From the NCBI GenBank assembly GCA_963758635.1, contig CAVWWD010000008.1:960001-1024000 (forward strand): a DNA stretch of 64,000 bases, given 5' to 3'. Below, piece after piece: positions 9,654 through 18,539 of the stretch (within the stretch, counting starts at the first letter, position 1; every line of letters begins with the position of its first letter). This DNA is from an uncultured Candidatus Rokubacteria bacterium. Lineage in GTDB: Bacteria > Methylomirabilota > Methylomirabilia > Rokubacteriales > CSP1-6. The notes beneath the pieces are model-generated. The model was not told the DNA's origin, did not search any database, and saw nothing but the letters and a program-made list of their open reading frames with translations. The position numbers and the translations under genes are program-made.

Positions 9654-10856
9654 TCAAGGCCGCGGCCCGGCTCGCGGCGCGAGCTTCCAGGCGCGCACCG
9701 ACCCGAGGTTCTTGGCCTCTACCGGCTCCATTGCGACGAAACCATCGCGCGTGCGGTCAGTAAGCCGACTGTACAGGCGGTTGCTCACGACGATCTCGTG
9801 GGTCTGCGCGACGTCGCAAAGACGAGCGGCAACGTTGATCGCGTCGCCGACGACGCCGACATGAGCGCGACTGAATGGCCGAAACTCGATCACCTGCAGA
9901 TCGCCGGTCGCCATCGCGACGTGCACGCCGGTGGATGGCTGGATCTGGTCGATCTGGCGCTGCCACTCGATCGCGACGGAGGCTCCGATGTCAATCAGCG
10001 CCGTGGCGCAGGCGAACCCACGCTCGGCATCGTCGGAAGCGGCTTCCGGGATGCCAAAGATCGCGATGACGGAGTCGCCGAGGAACTGGTAGAGCATGCC
10101 GCCGGCGTTGATGATCTGGTAGCGGGTCCTCGAGGCGAACGCGGTGAGCGAGCGGCGCACCACGTTGTCGTCGCGCGTATCGCGGACAAATCTCGTGTAG
10201 CCGGACAGGTCGGCGGTGACGACAACGACGTTGGGATACAGCCCGGGCGGGAGGATGTCGCGCGCGGTCTTCCTGCCGGCCTCCCGCAGCTGTCGCAGCC
10301 GCCAGAAGCCGAAATGCCACAGGAGCGTGGATTCGAGAGCGTCGGCACTGAAATCGTCCCCGAAGGCGTGGCGCCCCTTCGCGCGGTCGACGGCGGCCCG
10401 GAGCTCGAGGCGATCGTGCTCCTCCAGCGAGCCCAGGCTCACACCGAACCGTCGACGGACCAGCTCGTCAAGACGGCGTTCGTCCCAGACTTCGAGCGCG
10501 AGACCGGGGCGCAGGACGCTCCGTGCGCGCGCCTCGAGCCCGGGCCAGTCCTTGCGGCCATTCACATCGATGACGAGCACGACCTTCCTCGCCGCGGCAG
10601 TCGCGTCGTTCGGCTCGCCATACTTGCGCCGCAGGCTCTCGATCAGCCGCTCCGGTGTGTAGCCGTAGTCGACCTCCACGAAGTAAGGTGCGGTCCCCCT
10701 CGGCGTGACCTGGATGTCCGCGAACGCGGACGGGCCGACCGCCACTTCCTGCCGTATCACGACGTCCTCGGGGGCGATGTGCTCCGTCGCGACGTGCTCG
10801 AAGCGGCAGAGGTCGCAGCAAACGCTTTCGAGGAAGAGGCGCAGCTCCTCGCGCAA
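9654..10856 (-). CDS. Class III nucleotidyl cyclase with N-terminal PD-(D/E)xK-like domain
   Basis: C-terminal ADLSGYT, QFLGDS, GDAINVAARL, VEAKN; N-terminal RQEV...FADI...FVEVD...LEVWD. Start uncertain. Confidence 0.8.
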   Translation of the reverse strand: MREELRLFLESVCCDLCRFEHVATEHIAPEDVVIRQEVAVGPSAFADIQVTPRGTAPYFVEVDYGYTPERLIESLRRKYGEPNDATAAARKVVLVIDVNGRKDWPGLEARARSVLRPGLALEVWDERRLDELVRRRFGVSLGSLEEHDRLELRAAVDRAKGRHAFGDDFSADALESTLLWHFGFWRLRQLREAGRKTARDILPPGLYPNVVVVTADLSGYTRFVRDTRDDNVVRRSLTAFASRTRYQIINAGGMLYQFLGDSVIAIFGIPEAASDDAERGFACATALIDIGASVAIEWQRQIDQIQPSTGVHVAMATGDLQVIEFRPFSRAHVGVVGDAINVAARLCDVAQTHEIVVSNRLYSRLTDRTRDGFVAMEPVEAKNLGSVRAWKLAPRAGPRP

Positions 10857-11072
10857 AACTGTGGCTCCCGCCGCCCGTCGCCATGCTCGTCAGACCGGAG
10901 CGACTCGGATTCGGTTGCGTTGCGTGGAGGGATCCCCCGTTCTCAGCCGTCCTGCCCCCCGGCGTGGGCTGGCCACGACAGCGGCCACTTCTGGCATTCT
11001 GCCACTCCACCTACAGTCCCATTCAACTGCACCGCCCGAGCATACGATCCCCAGAAGAACAACCATCAGACT

Positions 11073-11130
11073 GCCGAACGCTCAGGCTGAGCGGCCGGCG
11101 CGGCCGGACCGCTCCAGTCTGTTGTTCGCC
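11073..11130 (-). mobile_element. Integron attC recombination site (58 bp)
   Basis: Minus strand reads GGCGAAC-AACAG-ACTGGAGC-GGTCCGGCCGCGCCGGCC-GCTCAGC-CTGAGC-GTTCGGC, i.e. R''/L''(extrahelical G)/L'/R' architecture, 50 bp downstream of the minus-strand gene ending at 11181. Confidence 0.75.
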
Positions 11131-11180
11131 GGACCTTCTGGCAGCCTGGCCGCATTCCCGTGCCGGAGCCTCGCGGTGGC

Positions 11181-12515
11181 TCAGTGCTCCACTCGCTGTA
11201 GGGCGAAGAGTCGCCAACTCTCTGGTACGCCCCGTAGGTTGTGGACACCGCGATCGTCGAAACGAAGCCCGGAGCCTGCCACGAGATCCTTGACCGTACT
11301 CGATACCAGGACCTCGTTGGGCGCGGCGAGCGCCGCCAGCCGTGCTCCAATGTGCACGGCGATTCCGCCGACCTTGTCGCCGATCATCTCGCACTCGCCG
11401 GTATGAACTCCCGCGCGGATGCTTACGCCCAGCGGTCGCAGCGCGTCACCGATGGCACCGGCAGCGCGGACGGCACGGGCTGGACCATCGAAGACCGCCA
11501 GGAACCCGTCGCCCGCGGTATCGATCTCACGGCCTCGGAAGCGCTCCAGCCGCTGGCGGACGAGCGCATGATGCTGCGTGATGAGTTCCCGCCAGCGGCG
11601 GTCACCAAGCTGGGCCGCATGCTCGGTGGCGCCGACGATGTCCGTGAACAGCACCGTGACAAGCACACGATCAGGTTCCGGCCCGTGACGAACGCCGGTG
11701 AGGAACTCCTCGATCTCGTCGAGAACGGAATCCGTATCGCCAGCCCACGGTGCGTGGTCGATGCCAGGTAACTCCACGCATTTTGCGCCGGGAATGTGCG
11801 CGGCGATGTATCGGCCATGCTCCACCTTGATCTGCGGGTCATCGGTTCGATGAAGCACGAGTGTTGGCACACGAATGATAGGAAGCACAGGCCGGGCATC
11901 GATCTCCCAGTTCATTCGCGATACGGCCAAAGCCGCACCCGGGCTCGCACTGGCTCGCTCGTAGGCCGCCAGCCATCGTCGGTAAGGCTCGTCAGCGGCG
12001 AGACTAGGATTGTAGGTGGACAGCACAGCACCGGTGCCCCACGCCGTTTCCAGAGACTTCAAGCGCGGTTCGTGGTCGTCGAATTTGCGGCCCCATGGGT
12101 GGTCTGGGGCCCAGGCGAGCCGCGCCATCGCCCCATACAGGATGAGGGCAGATGTGCGCAGCGGATTGGTGGCGGCAAAAAGTGCACACATCGGACCGCC
12201 CTCGGAAATGCCTAAGAGCGCGGCGCGCTGCGAACCGACGGCGTCCATGACCGCACGGACGTCGTCCATGCGCTCCTCCAGCAATGGGATCGCTGCGACA
12301 CGGTCAGAGAGGCCCGTACCGCGCTTGTCGAAACAGATCAGCCGGCAGAACGACGCTAGGCGGTGTAGGAAATAGGCCGGCCGCGGATGGGCCCACATCA
12401 GCTCCACATGGGAGACAAATCCGGGGACGAGGACTAGATCAAACGAACCGCTTCCCGTTACCTGGTAAGCGATGTGGACGTCACCGCTCTTGGCGTAGCG
12501 CGTCTCCGGGTCCAT
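11181..12515 (-). CDS. Alpha/beta hydrolase-adenylate cyclase fusion (LipJ/Rv1900c-like)
   Basis: TRYAKSGDVHIAYQV, GISEGG, LFTDIVG, DTAGDGF, GIAVHIGARL. Confidence 0.92.
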   Translation of the reverse strand: MDPETRYAKSGDVHIAYQVTGSGSFDLVLVPGFVSHVELMWAHPRPAYFLHRLASFCRLICFDKRGTGLSDRVAAIPLLEERMDDVRAVMDAVGSQRAALLGISEGGPMCALFAATNPLRTSALILYGAMARLAWAPDHPWGRKFDDHEPRLKSLETAWGTGAVLSTYNPSLAADEPYRRWLAAYERASASPGAALAVSRMNWEIDARPVLPIIRVPTLVLHRTDDPQIKVEHGRYIAAHIPGAKCVELPGIDHAPWAGDTDSVLDEIEEFLTGVRHGPEPDRVLVTVLFTDIVGATEHAAQLGDRRWRELITQHHALVRQRLERFRGREIDTAGDGFLAVFDGPARAVRAAGAIGDALRPLGVSIRAGVHTGECEMIGDKVGGIAVHIGARLAALAAPNEVLVSSTVKDLVAGSGLRFDDRGVHNLRGVPESWRLFALQRVEH

Positions 12516-12791
12516 GGCGTCCTCCTGGGCTAGACCATTCCCACACTCAAGCCGTATCGTTCTTGCCGCCGAAGCGAAATTCGACAGCAGGATACGCGGG
12601 TATGCGTATCTCCACAAACGCGGCGGGCCTTCGCCGCGTATAGCGAGGTACCGGGGGCCCCGGATGCCCGCCGCGCAAGGCCCTGTCAAGGAAGGCATGG
12701 CAGGTTCCCATCAGACAGGGACCGTCCACGATACGCGACGAGACACTGCTGCGTATCCTGTCGCATATACCCCGGGAGGTAGCGACGGGGC

Positions 12792-12863
12792 TCGTGCCCC
12801 GGGGAGCCGATCGGCCGGGTTCCGCAACGGCGCCGACTCGTGACAGAGGACGTGCGTGTAGTA
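12792..12863 (-). pseudogene. intI: C-terminal remnant of an integron integrase
   Basis: Minus-strand translation YYTHVLCHESAPLRNPADRL resembles the IntI end IYTHVLNRGxxxVRSPxDRL; upstream sequence is not integrase-like. Confidence 0.55.
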
Positions 12864-13248
12864 CACCTGCTCGGCTCGACGGCTCAGGCGGCGGGCTCGA
12901 CAGGCGGCACTGAGGCATCGAGGAGCCGTGGCCGAGGGAGCTCGGGAGGATGGGCCTCTCGAAACGACGAGGTGCGCGGCGCCGTGCCCTCCACGACGTC
13001 GCACTGAGCCGAGCGGTCGCGGACCCCGCATGCCGGACTGGCGCCTTTGCTCGAATCGCTGGGGGACTATGGCGTGGCGCCCCCTGGTGAGCAAGGAACG
13101 GCGCGGCTGTGTTCGCCGGGAGAGGGCCCGCCGGCGCGGTGGCCGGATCAATGGAAGTCGTGCTAGGGCACGCCGGTGAGGCGATGGCGCAGGGCGTTGA
13201 AGGCGCTGGCGGTCATGGCGTAGATTGCGCCCGCAGAGGAGACCGGAC

Positions 13249-13742
13249 ATGAGTCGAGCCTTGACGGAGATGCTCGAGCGGCAGGTGGCGCGCTTCGTGG
13301 ATCGCGTGGCGGACTGGGACGCCTTCGCCGACGCGCGGGTGGAGGGGTATCGCCGGGCCCAGCACCGCTTCATCGGCGCCGGCGCGTCGGGCAAGACCGA
13401 CGCGCGCTCCATTCCCGCCGAGCACTTCACCCTGAGCGTCATGTTCGTCCCGCCGGGGCAGGGCAACGCCGCGCACCGGCACGAGGTCGAGGAGGTCTTC
13501 TTCGTGCTGCGCGGCAAGCTCAAGGTGTTCTTCGAGGACGGCGCGGGCGGGCACGTCGAGACCGTGCTGGGCGAGTGGGACTGCGTGTCGTGCCCCGCGG
13601 AGGTCATCCACGGGTTCGAGAACGTGGGGCTCGAGCCCGTGCTACCTCCAGGTGATGCTCGGCAAGGGGCGGCCCGGACCTGATGCAGTATGCCGACGGC
13701 GCGCTCCAGTCCCGCCGCGACGAGCACCTCCGGGCCGGCTGA
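13249..13742 (+). CDS. Cupin domain protein (frameshifts near 3' end)
   Basis: GQGNAAHRHEVEEVFFVLRG...CPAEVIHGFEN. Confidence 0.85.
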
Positions 13743-13792
13743 GCCGCGCGGGGCGGTGAAGCGCGCTCGGCCGGGCGCCCGCGGCGCGCGCG

Positions 13793-14251
13793 TCAGCCCT
13801 TCAGGAGCTCCTCGGCGATGCGCTTCACGTCGGCGGCCTCGACCTGGCCCTTGTGGGTCTTCATGACGTCGCCGACGACCTTGCCCACCTGCTTGGGATC
13901 GGTGACGCCGAGGGCCTGCAGGCGCTCGCGCACGATGGCGCGCACCGCGTCCGCGTCCAGGCCGCGGGGCAGGTAGCCCTCGCAGAACGCGATCTCGAAG
14001 CGGAGCTGCCCGGCCTGGGCGGCGCCGCGCTCTCCCAGCGCCTCGAACTCGGCGAGCGCCTTCTGGAGCTGCTTGCGGTAGGCCCCGATCACGTCCAGGA
14101 CCAGCGCATCGTCCACCGTGCCCGCGAAGCCCTTGGCGGTGCGGCGCTCCTGGAGCCGGGTCTTCAGCATCCGGACCACGTCCGCGGTGCGCTGGTCCCG
14201 GTCCTTCATGGCCCGGGTGAGCGTGTCGGTGAGGGTCTGCTCGAGGGACAT
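13793..14251 (-). CDS. GatB/YqeY domain protein
   Basis: AMKDRD...VRMLK...EI...YLP...GKVVGDVMK pattern. Confidence 0.88.
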   Translation of the reverse strand: MSLEQTLTDTLTRAMKDRDQRTADVVRMLKTRLQERRTAKGFAGTVDDALVLDVIGAYRKQLQKALAEFEALGERGAAQAGQLRFEIAFCEGYLPRGLDADAVRAIVRERLQALGVTDPKQVGKVVGDVMKTHKGQVEAADVKRIAEELLKG

Positions 14252-14264
14252 GTCGTCTCCGGCC

Positions 14265-15053
14265 TCAGCGATGGGAGGGCACGAACGGGTGCGTGCTCGA
14301 CAGCCCGCCGTCCACGGCGAGGGCCTGGCCGTTCACGTAGGAGGCGTCGTCGCTGGCCAGGAAGAGAGCCATCGCGGCGATCTCCTCGGGCCGTCCGAAG
14401 CGGAGCGTGGGGTTGAGCTGGCCGATGCGCTTCTCCGTGCCACGCGCGCGGGCCGCGTCGAAGAGGGGCTTGGTCATGCCGGTCTCGATGAGGCCCGGGC
14501 AGATGGCGTTCACGCGCACGCTGGTGCCGGCGAGCGCGTTGGCCGCGGTCTGGACCAGGCTGATCACGCCGGCCTTGCTGGCCGCGTAGGGGCTGCCGCC
14601 CGCGTTGGCCCGGAGCCCGCCCACCGAGGCGGTGCAGACGATCGAGCCGCCGCCCTGCCGGATCATGATCGGCGCGGCGTGCTTGATGGCGAGCCAGGGG
14701 CCGATCAGGTTGATGCGCAGGATCTCCTCCCACTGGGCCACGGTCTGCTCGAGGAGGGGCACGCGGCCGCCGCTGATGCCCGCGTTGGCGTACACGACGT
14801 CCACGCCTCCGAGCTCATCGCGGCAGCGCTCGATCACGTCGATGACCGCCGCCTCGTCCCCGGCGTCGGCCGTGATGCCCATCCCGGCGCCCCCGGCGGC
14901 CCGGATCGCCGCGACGACCGCCTCCAGCGGCGCGGCCTCGCGGTCCACCGCCACGACGCGCGCGCCCTCGCGGGCGAAGAGGACGGCGCTCGCGCGGCCG
15001 ATGCCGCTGGCGGCGCCGGTGACGATGGCTCGCTTGCCGGACAGCCGCGCCAT
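14265..15053 (-). CDS. SDR family oxidoreductase
   Basis: TGAASGIG, ANAG, YAASKAG. Confidence 0.92.
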   Translation of the reverse strand: MARLSGKRAIVTGAASGIGRASAVLFAREGARVVAVDREAAPLEAVVAAIRAAGGAGMGITADAGDEAAVIDVIERCRDELGGVDVVYANAGISGGRVPLLEQTVAQWEEILRINLIGPWLAIKHAAPIMIRQGGGSIVCTASVGGLRANAGGSPYAASKAGVISLVQTAANALAGTSVRVNAICPGLIETGMTKPLFDAARARGTEKRIGQLNPTLRFGRPEEIAAMALFLASDDASYVNGQALAVDGGLSSTHPFVPSHR

Positions 15054-15066
15054 CGCCCGCCCTGGC

Positions 15067-16278
15067 TCAGCGACGCGCGTCGAGGATGGCGCGGGCGAGG
15101 AGCCGGGCGCCCTCGTAGCAGCGCTCGGGCGCCTCGTAGCTGAAGGCGAGGCGGATGTGCTGCTCGCCGCCGCCGTTGGCGAAGAACGCGGGACCCGCGG
15201 TGTACTGCACGCGCGACGCCTTCGCCAGCTCGAAGAGCCTGGCGCGGTCGGTGCCGGTCGGGAGCTTGATCCAGATGAAGAAGCCGCCCTCGGGCCGGCT
15301 GATCTCCACGTCGGTGCCGGTGAGCACCTCCCAGAGGCCGCGCAGCATCGCGTCGCGCTTGGCCCGGTACACGGCGATGAGACGCGCCACGTGCCCCTCG
15401 AGGTTGTCGCGCATGAAGTAGGTGGCCACGCGCGACATGTACGGGTTCACGCCCCCGCCGAACACGAACGCCTGGAGCACCGGGATCATCTCGCGCGACG
15501 CGCAGAGCCAGCCCAGCCGCACGCCGGCGCCGAGGATCTTGGAGAGCGTGCCCGCGCGGATGACGCGGCCCGACGGGTCCAGCGAGTAGAGCGACGGCTG
15601 GGCCTCGCCCTCGAAGCGCAGCTCGCCGTAGGCGTCGTCTTCCAGGATGAGCGTGTCGAACTCCTGGGCCAGCTCGACCAGCTCGCGGCGGCGCCGGAGG
15701 GACATCGTCGGCCCCGACGGGTTCTGGAAGGTGTCGATGGTGTAGATCAGCTTGCAGCGGAGCCCTTCCGCCCGGAGCTGCTCGAGGCGCTGCCGGACGA
15801 CGCTCGTGACCATGCCCTCGGCGTCGACGGGCGCGTCGAGGACGCGGGCGCCGTGACGGCGGATGGTGTTGAGCGTGCCGGAGAAGGTGGGCGCCTCGCA
15901 GATGATGGGGTCGCCCACGTCCACGAACGCGCTGAAGGCCAGCGACAGCGCGTGCCCCGAGCCGTTGGCGACCACGATGTTGTCGGGATCGACCTTGAGG
16001 CCCTCGAAGAGGTCGTACTTGTGGGCGACCAGCTCGCGCAGCCCGCGATAGCCCTGCGCCTCGCCGTAGGTCAGGGCCTGGGCGCCCTCGACCTTCATCA
16101 TGCGGGCGGTGGCGTCGATCATGCCCTCGTAGGGGAAGGACTCGGGGTCGGGAAACCCGCCGCCGAAGTCGAAGAGGGCCTCCTGGACGGGGCGCGAGGG
16201 CGGAGGCGGCGCGCCCCAGCCGATGCGGGCACGGGTCGAGAGCAGCTCGTCGAAGCGCGTGGTCGGTGGTGTGGTCAT
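15067..16278 (-). CDS. PLP-dependent aminotransferase, class I (LysN/MocR-like)
   Basis: FGGGFPDP, FQNPSG, EDDAYGEL, GTLSKILGAGVRLGW, IRLAFS. Confidence 0.92.
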   Translation of the reverse strand: MTTPPTTRFDELLSTRARIGWGAPPPPSRPVQEALFDFGGGFPDPESFPYEGMIDATARMMKVEGAQALTYGEAQGYRGLRELVAHKYDLFEGLKVDPDNIVVANGSGHALSLAFSAFVDVGDPIICEAPTFSGTLNTIRRHGARVLDAPVDAEGMVTSVVRQRLEQLRAEGLRCKLIYTIDTFQNPSGPTMSLRRRRELVELAQEFDTLILEDDAYGELRFEGEAQPSLYSLDPSGRVIRAGTLSKILGAGVRLGWLCASREMIPVLQAFVFGGGVNPYMSRVATYFMRDNLEGHVARLIAVYRAKRDAMLRGLWEVLTGTDVEISRPEGGFFIWIKLPTGTDRARLFELAKASRVQYTAGPAFFANGGGEQHIRLAFSYEAPERCYEGARLLARAILDARR

Positions 16279-16587
16279 GCCAGGGAGAATACGGGGCGCG
16301 CGCGCTCCTCGTCAAATCACCGCCGCGTGGGCAGGACACGTGAAGCGGGAGCTCACCGTCAACGCGGCGGCATGGATTTGGCGCTCTTTCACCAGAATCT
16401 GTAGCCGCCCCTGTATTCAGGCGGCTTGCGCGAGCGGGCCACGCGCGTGACCGTTCCGAGGCCGGCCGCTCGCACTGTATCCGGCTAGATACAGTCTTCG
16501 GCTCCTCACGATAGCGGCTGGATTCCTCTTGTCCGCTTCCCGTCGGTCGATTATCTTCGAGGCCCCCGAACAAGAGGAGTAGCAGGC

Positions 16588-17395
16588 ATGAGCACGGTTG
16601 CCCTTCGGTCGAGCAGCGCGTGGTCCTATCCCGTGTTGCCGGCGCGTGCTCCCTCGGCGGCGCTCGGCGTCCATGAAGCCGGCCCGGCCGGCGCCCCGAA
16701 GCCCCGGCTCCTCGACCGCGTGCGGGAGGCGGTTCGCACCCGCCACTACAGCCGCCGCACCGAGAAGGCGTACGTCCACTGGGTCAAGCGGTACATCTTC
16801 TTCCACGGCAAGCGCCACCCGGCCGAGATGGGCGCCCCCGAAGTGACCGCGTTCCTGACAGCGCTCGCCGTTCAGGGCAAGGTCGCGGCCTCTACCCAGA
16901 ACCAGGCTTTGAGCGCCCTGCTCTTTCTCTACCGCCAGGTGCTCGCGAGTCGAGCTTCCGTGGCTCGACGATGTCGTGCGCGCCAAGCGGCCCCTGCACC
17001 TCCCCATCGTGCTCACGCGGGACGAGGTCCGCGCCGTCCTCCAGCGGCTCGACGGCGTGCCACGGCTCATGGTGCTCTTGCTGTACGGCGCCGGACTTCG
17101 CCTCCTGGAGTGCTGTCGCGCTGCGCGTGAAGGACGTTGACTTCGCCACCAACCAGATCGTCGATCCGCGACGGCAAGGGCCACAAGGACCGGCTGACGA
17201 TGCTGCCGGCCGCGGTCAAGGCCGCGCTGACCGCCCACCTCGAGGGCGCTGCACGAGCAACACCAGGCCGACCTCCGTCACGGCGCCGGCTGGGTCGAGC
17301 TGCCCGGCGCGCTCCTGCGCGAAGTACCCGCACGCCGGCCGCGAATGGGCGCTGGCAATGGGTCTTCCCCGCCACGCGATCTCTAAGTAGAGGTC
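16588..17395 (+). pseudogene. intI: Integron integrase, N-terminal two-thirds only, frameshifted
   Basis: PRLLDRVREAVRTRHYSRRTEKAYVHWVKRYIFFHGKRHP...[16 protein letters not shown]...LYGAGLR...RDGKGHKDR...KYP...WQWVFPATR. Homology stops before the HxxR/H/Y catalytic residues. Confidence 0.9.
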
Positions 17396-17410
17396 TGATA
17401 AGGTGGAACG

Positions 17411-17647
17411 ATGCCGACGGTGCTGCGGTCAGGGCCGTATAGCTTCCACTTCTACTCCAACGACGCGGCCGAGCCGCCGCACGTCCACGTCGAGCGCGAT
17501 GAGAACACAGCCAAGTTCTAGCACAGCCCGGCTAGGCTACAGAGCAGTGGCGGTTTCCGCCCTGCCGAGGTCCGTCGGATTCAGCGTCTGGTCGAGCAAC
17601 ACCGAGAAGCCTTGCTGAGGAGCTGTGATGCCTACTTCAACGAGTGA
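17411..17647 (+). pseudogene. DUF4160-family protein (putative TA toxin) with in-frame TAG
   Basis: MPTVLRSGPYSFHFYSNDAAEPPHVHVERDENTAKF*HSP...; stop at 17519-17521 where Trp is expected. Confidence 0.8.
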
Positions 17648-17890
17648 TCTTGCCGACGCCCGAGCCGTCGACGTCAAAGTCAAGGACGACGAGCTAACCG
17701 TGCAGCTGGAGCATGGTAGCACCGTCGCGGTGCCGCTTGTCTAGTAACCGTGGCTTCTGAACGGAATGAAGCGTGAACGCGCCAGCTGGCGGCTCGTTGG
17801 GCGTGGAGTCCGAATTCACTGGCCTACGCTGGATGAGGACATCAGCGTCGAGGGATTGCTGGCAGGTCGCCGTTCAGGTGAAAGCCAAGG
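17628..17890 (+). pseudogene. DUF2442-family protein (putative TA antitoxin) with tandem in-frame stops
   Basis: ELTVQLEHGSTVAVPLV**PWLLNG...IHWPTLDEDISVEGLLAGRRSGESQ; TAG TAA replaces the usual WY. Confidence 0.8.
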
Positions 17891-17922
17891 CGCGCCGCGC
17901 GAGTCGCGGGCGGGGCGAAATG

Positions 17923-17971
17923 CGAAGCGCAGCTCGCCGTAGGCGTCGTCTTCCAGGATGAGCGTGTCGAA
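17923..17971 (+). repeat. Exact 49-bp direct copy of 15612-15660 (aminotransferase interior)
   Basis: cgaagcgcagctcgccgtaggcgtcgtcttccaggatgagcgtgtcgaa occurs at both positions. Confidence 0.92.
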
Positions 17972-18024
17972 GTGCGACATTTCGTTTGCCATGCCGGAGG
18001 CCCCGTGCTACCCGTCTACCTGCC

Positions 18025-18533
18025 ATGACCCCCGAAGAGGAGCGGATCCGGAGCTACCTGGTTGCCCAGGGCGCGAAGCTCAGCCCGGCAGCCATCGTGG
18101 AGAAGGTCCAGGCGGCGATGGCCGACCTGCGCCAGGCCGCCGTCGCCGTTCCCGCGGCGCGGTTCGGCGACCGGCCGGGCGGGGGCGAGTGGAGCGCCAA
18201 TGACGTGATGGCGCACGTGCTCGCCTCTGGGAGGTACTTCGGCGAAGGCATCGCGGCCATCATCTCGGGCCGTCCCCCCGATCCGCGCCCCGAGCGTCCG
18301 AGCCCCGAGGGAGGGCCGCTCCGGACCGCCCAGGCCTGGTGCGACGAGCTGGAACGCGACCGGTCGGCGCTCTTCGCGCGGGCGATCGCCGCCGATCCCG
18401 GCGCGCGCCTCGACCACACGATCCAGCACCCGCGTTCGGCCCGCTCGACTGGCGGGCCTCGCTCCTGTTCCTCCGGTTGCACGACATGGACCACACGGAA
18501 CAGCTCCGGAAGATCGCCGCCGCGCTCGCGTAG
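18025..18533 (+). CDS. DinB family protein (frameshift ~18433)
   Basis: GEWSANDVMAHV...HPAFGPLDWRASLLFLRLHDMDH. Confidence 0.82.
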
Positions 18534-18539
18534 ACCCCG

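Noticed and set aside
16474..16495. Canonical LexA box before intI
   Set aside because: Spacing is CTGT-N12-ACAG rather than N8; kept only as an unexplained palindrome.
15612..17971. 49-bp repeat as a DGR template/variable repeat pair
   Set aside because: The copies are identical with no adenine-specific mismatches, and no reverse transcriptase gene is in the window.
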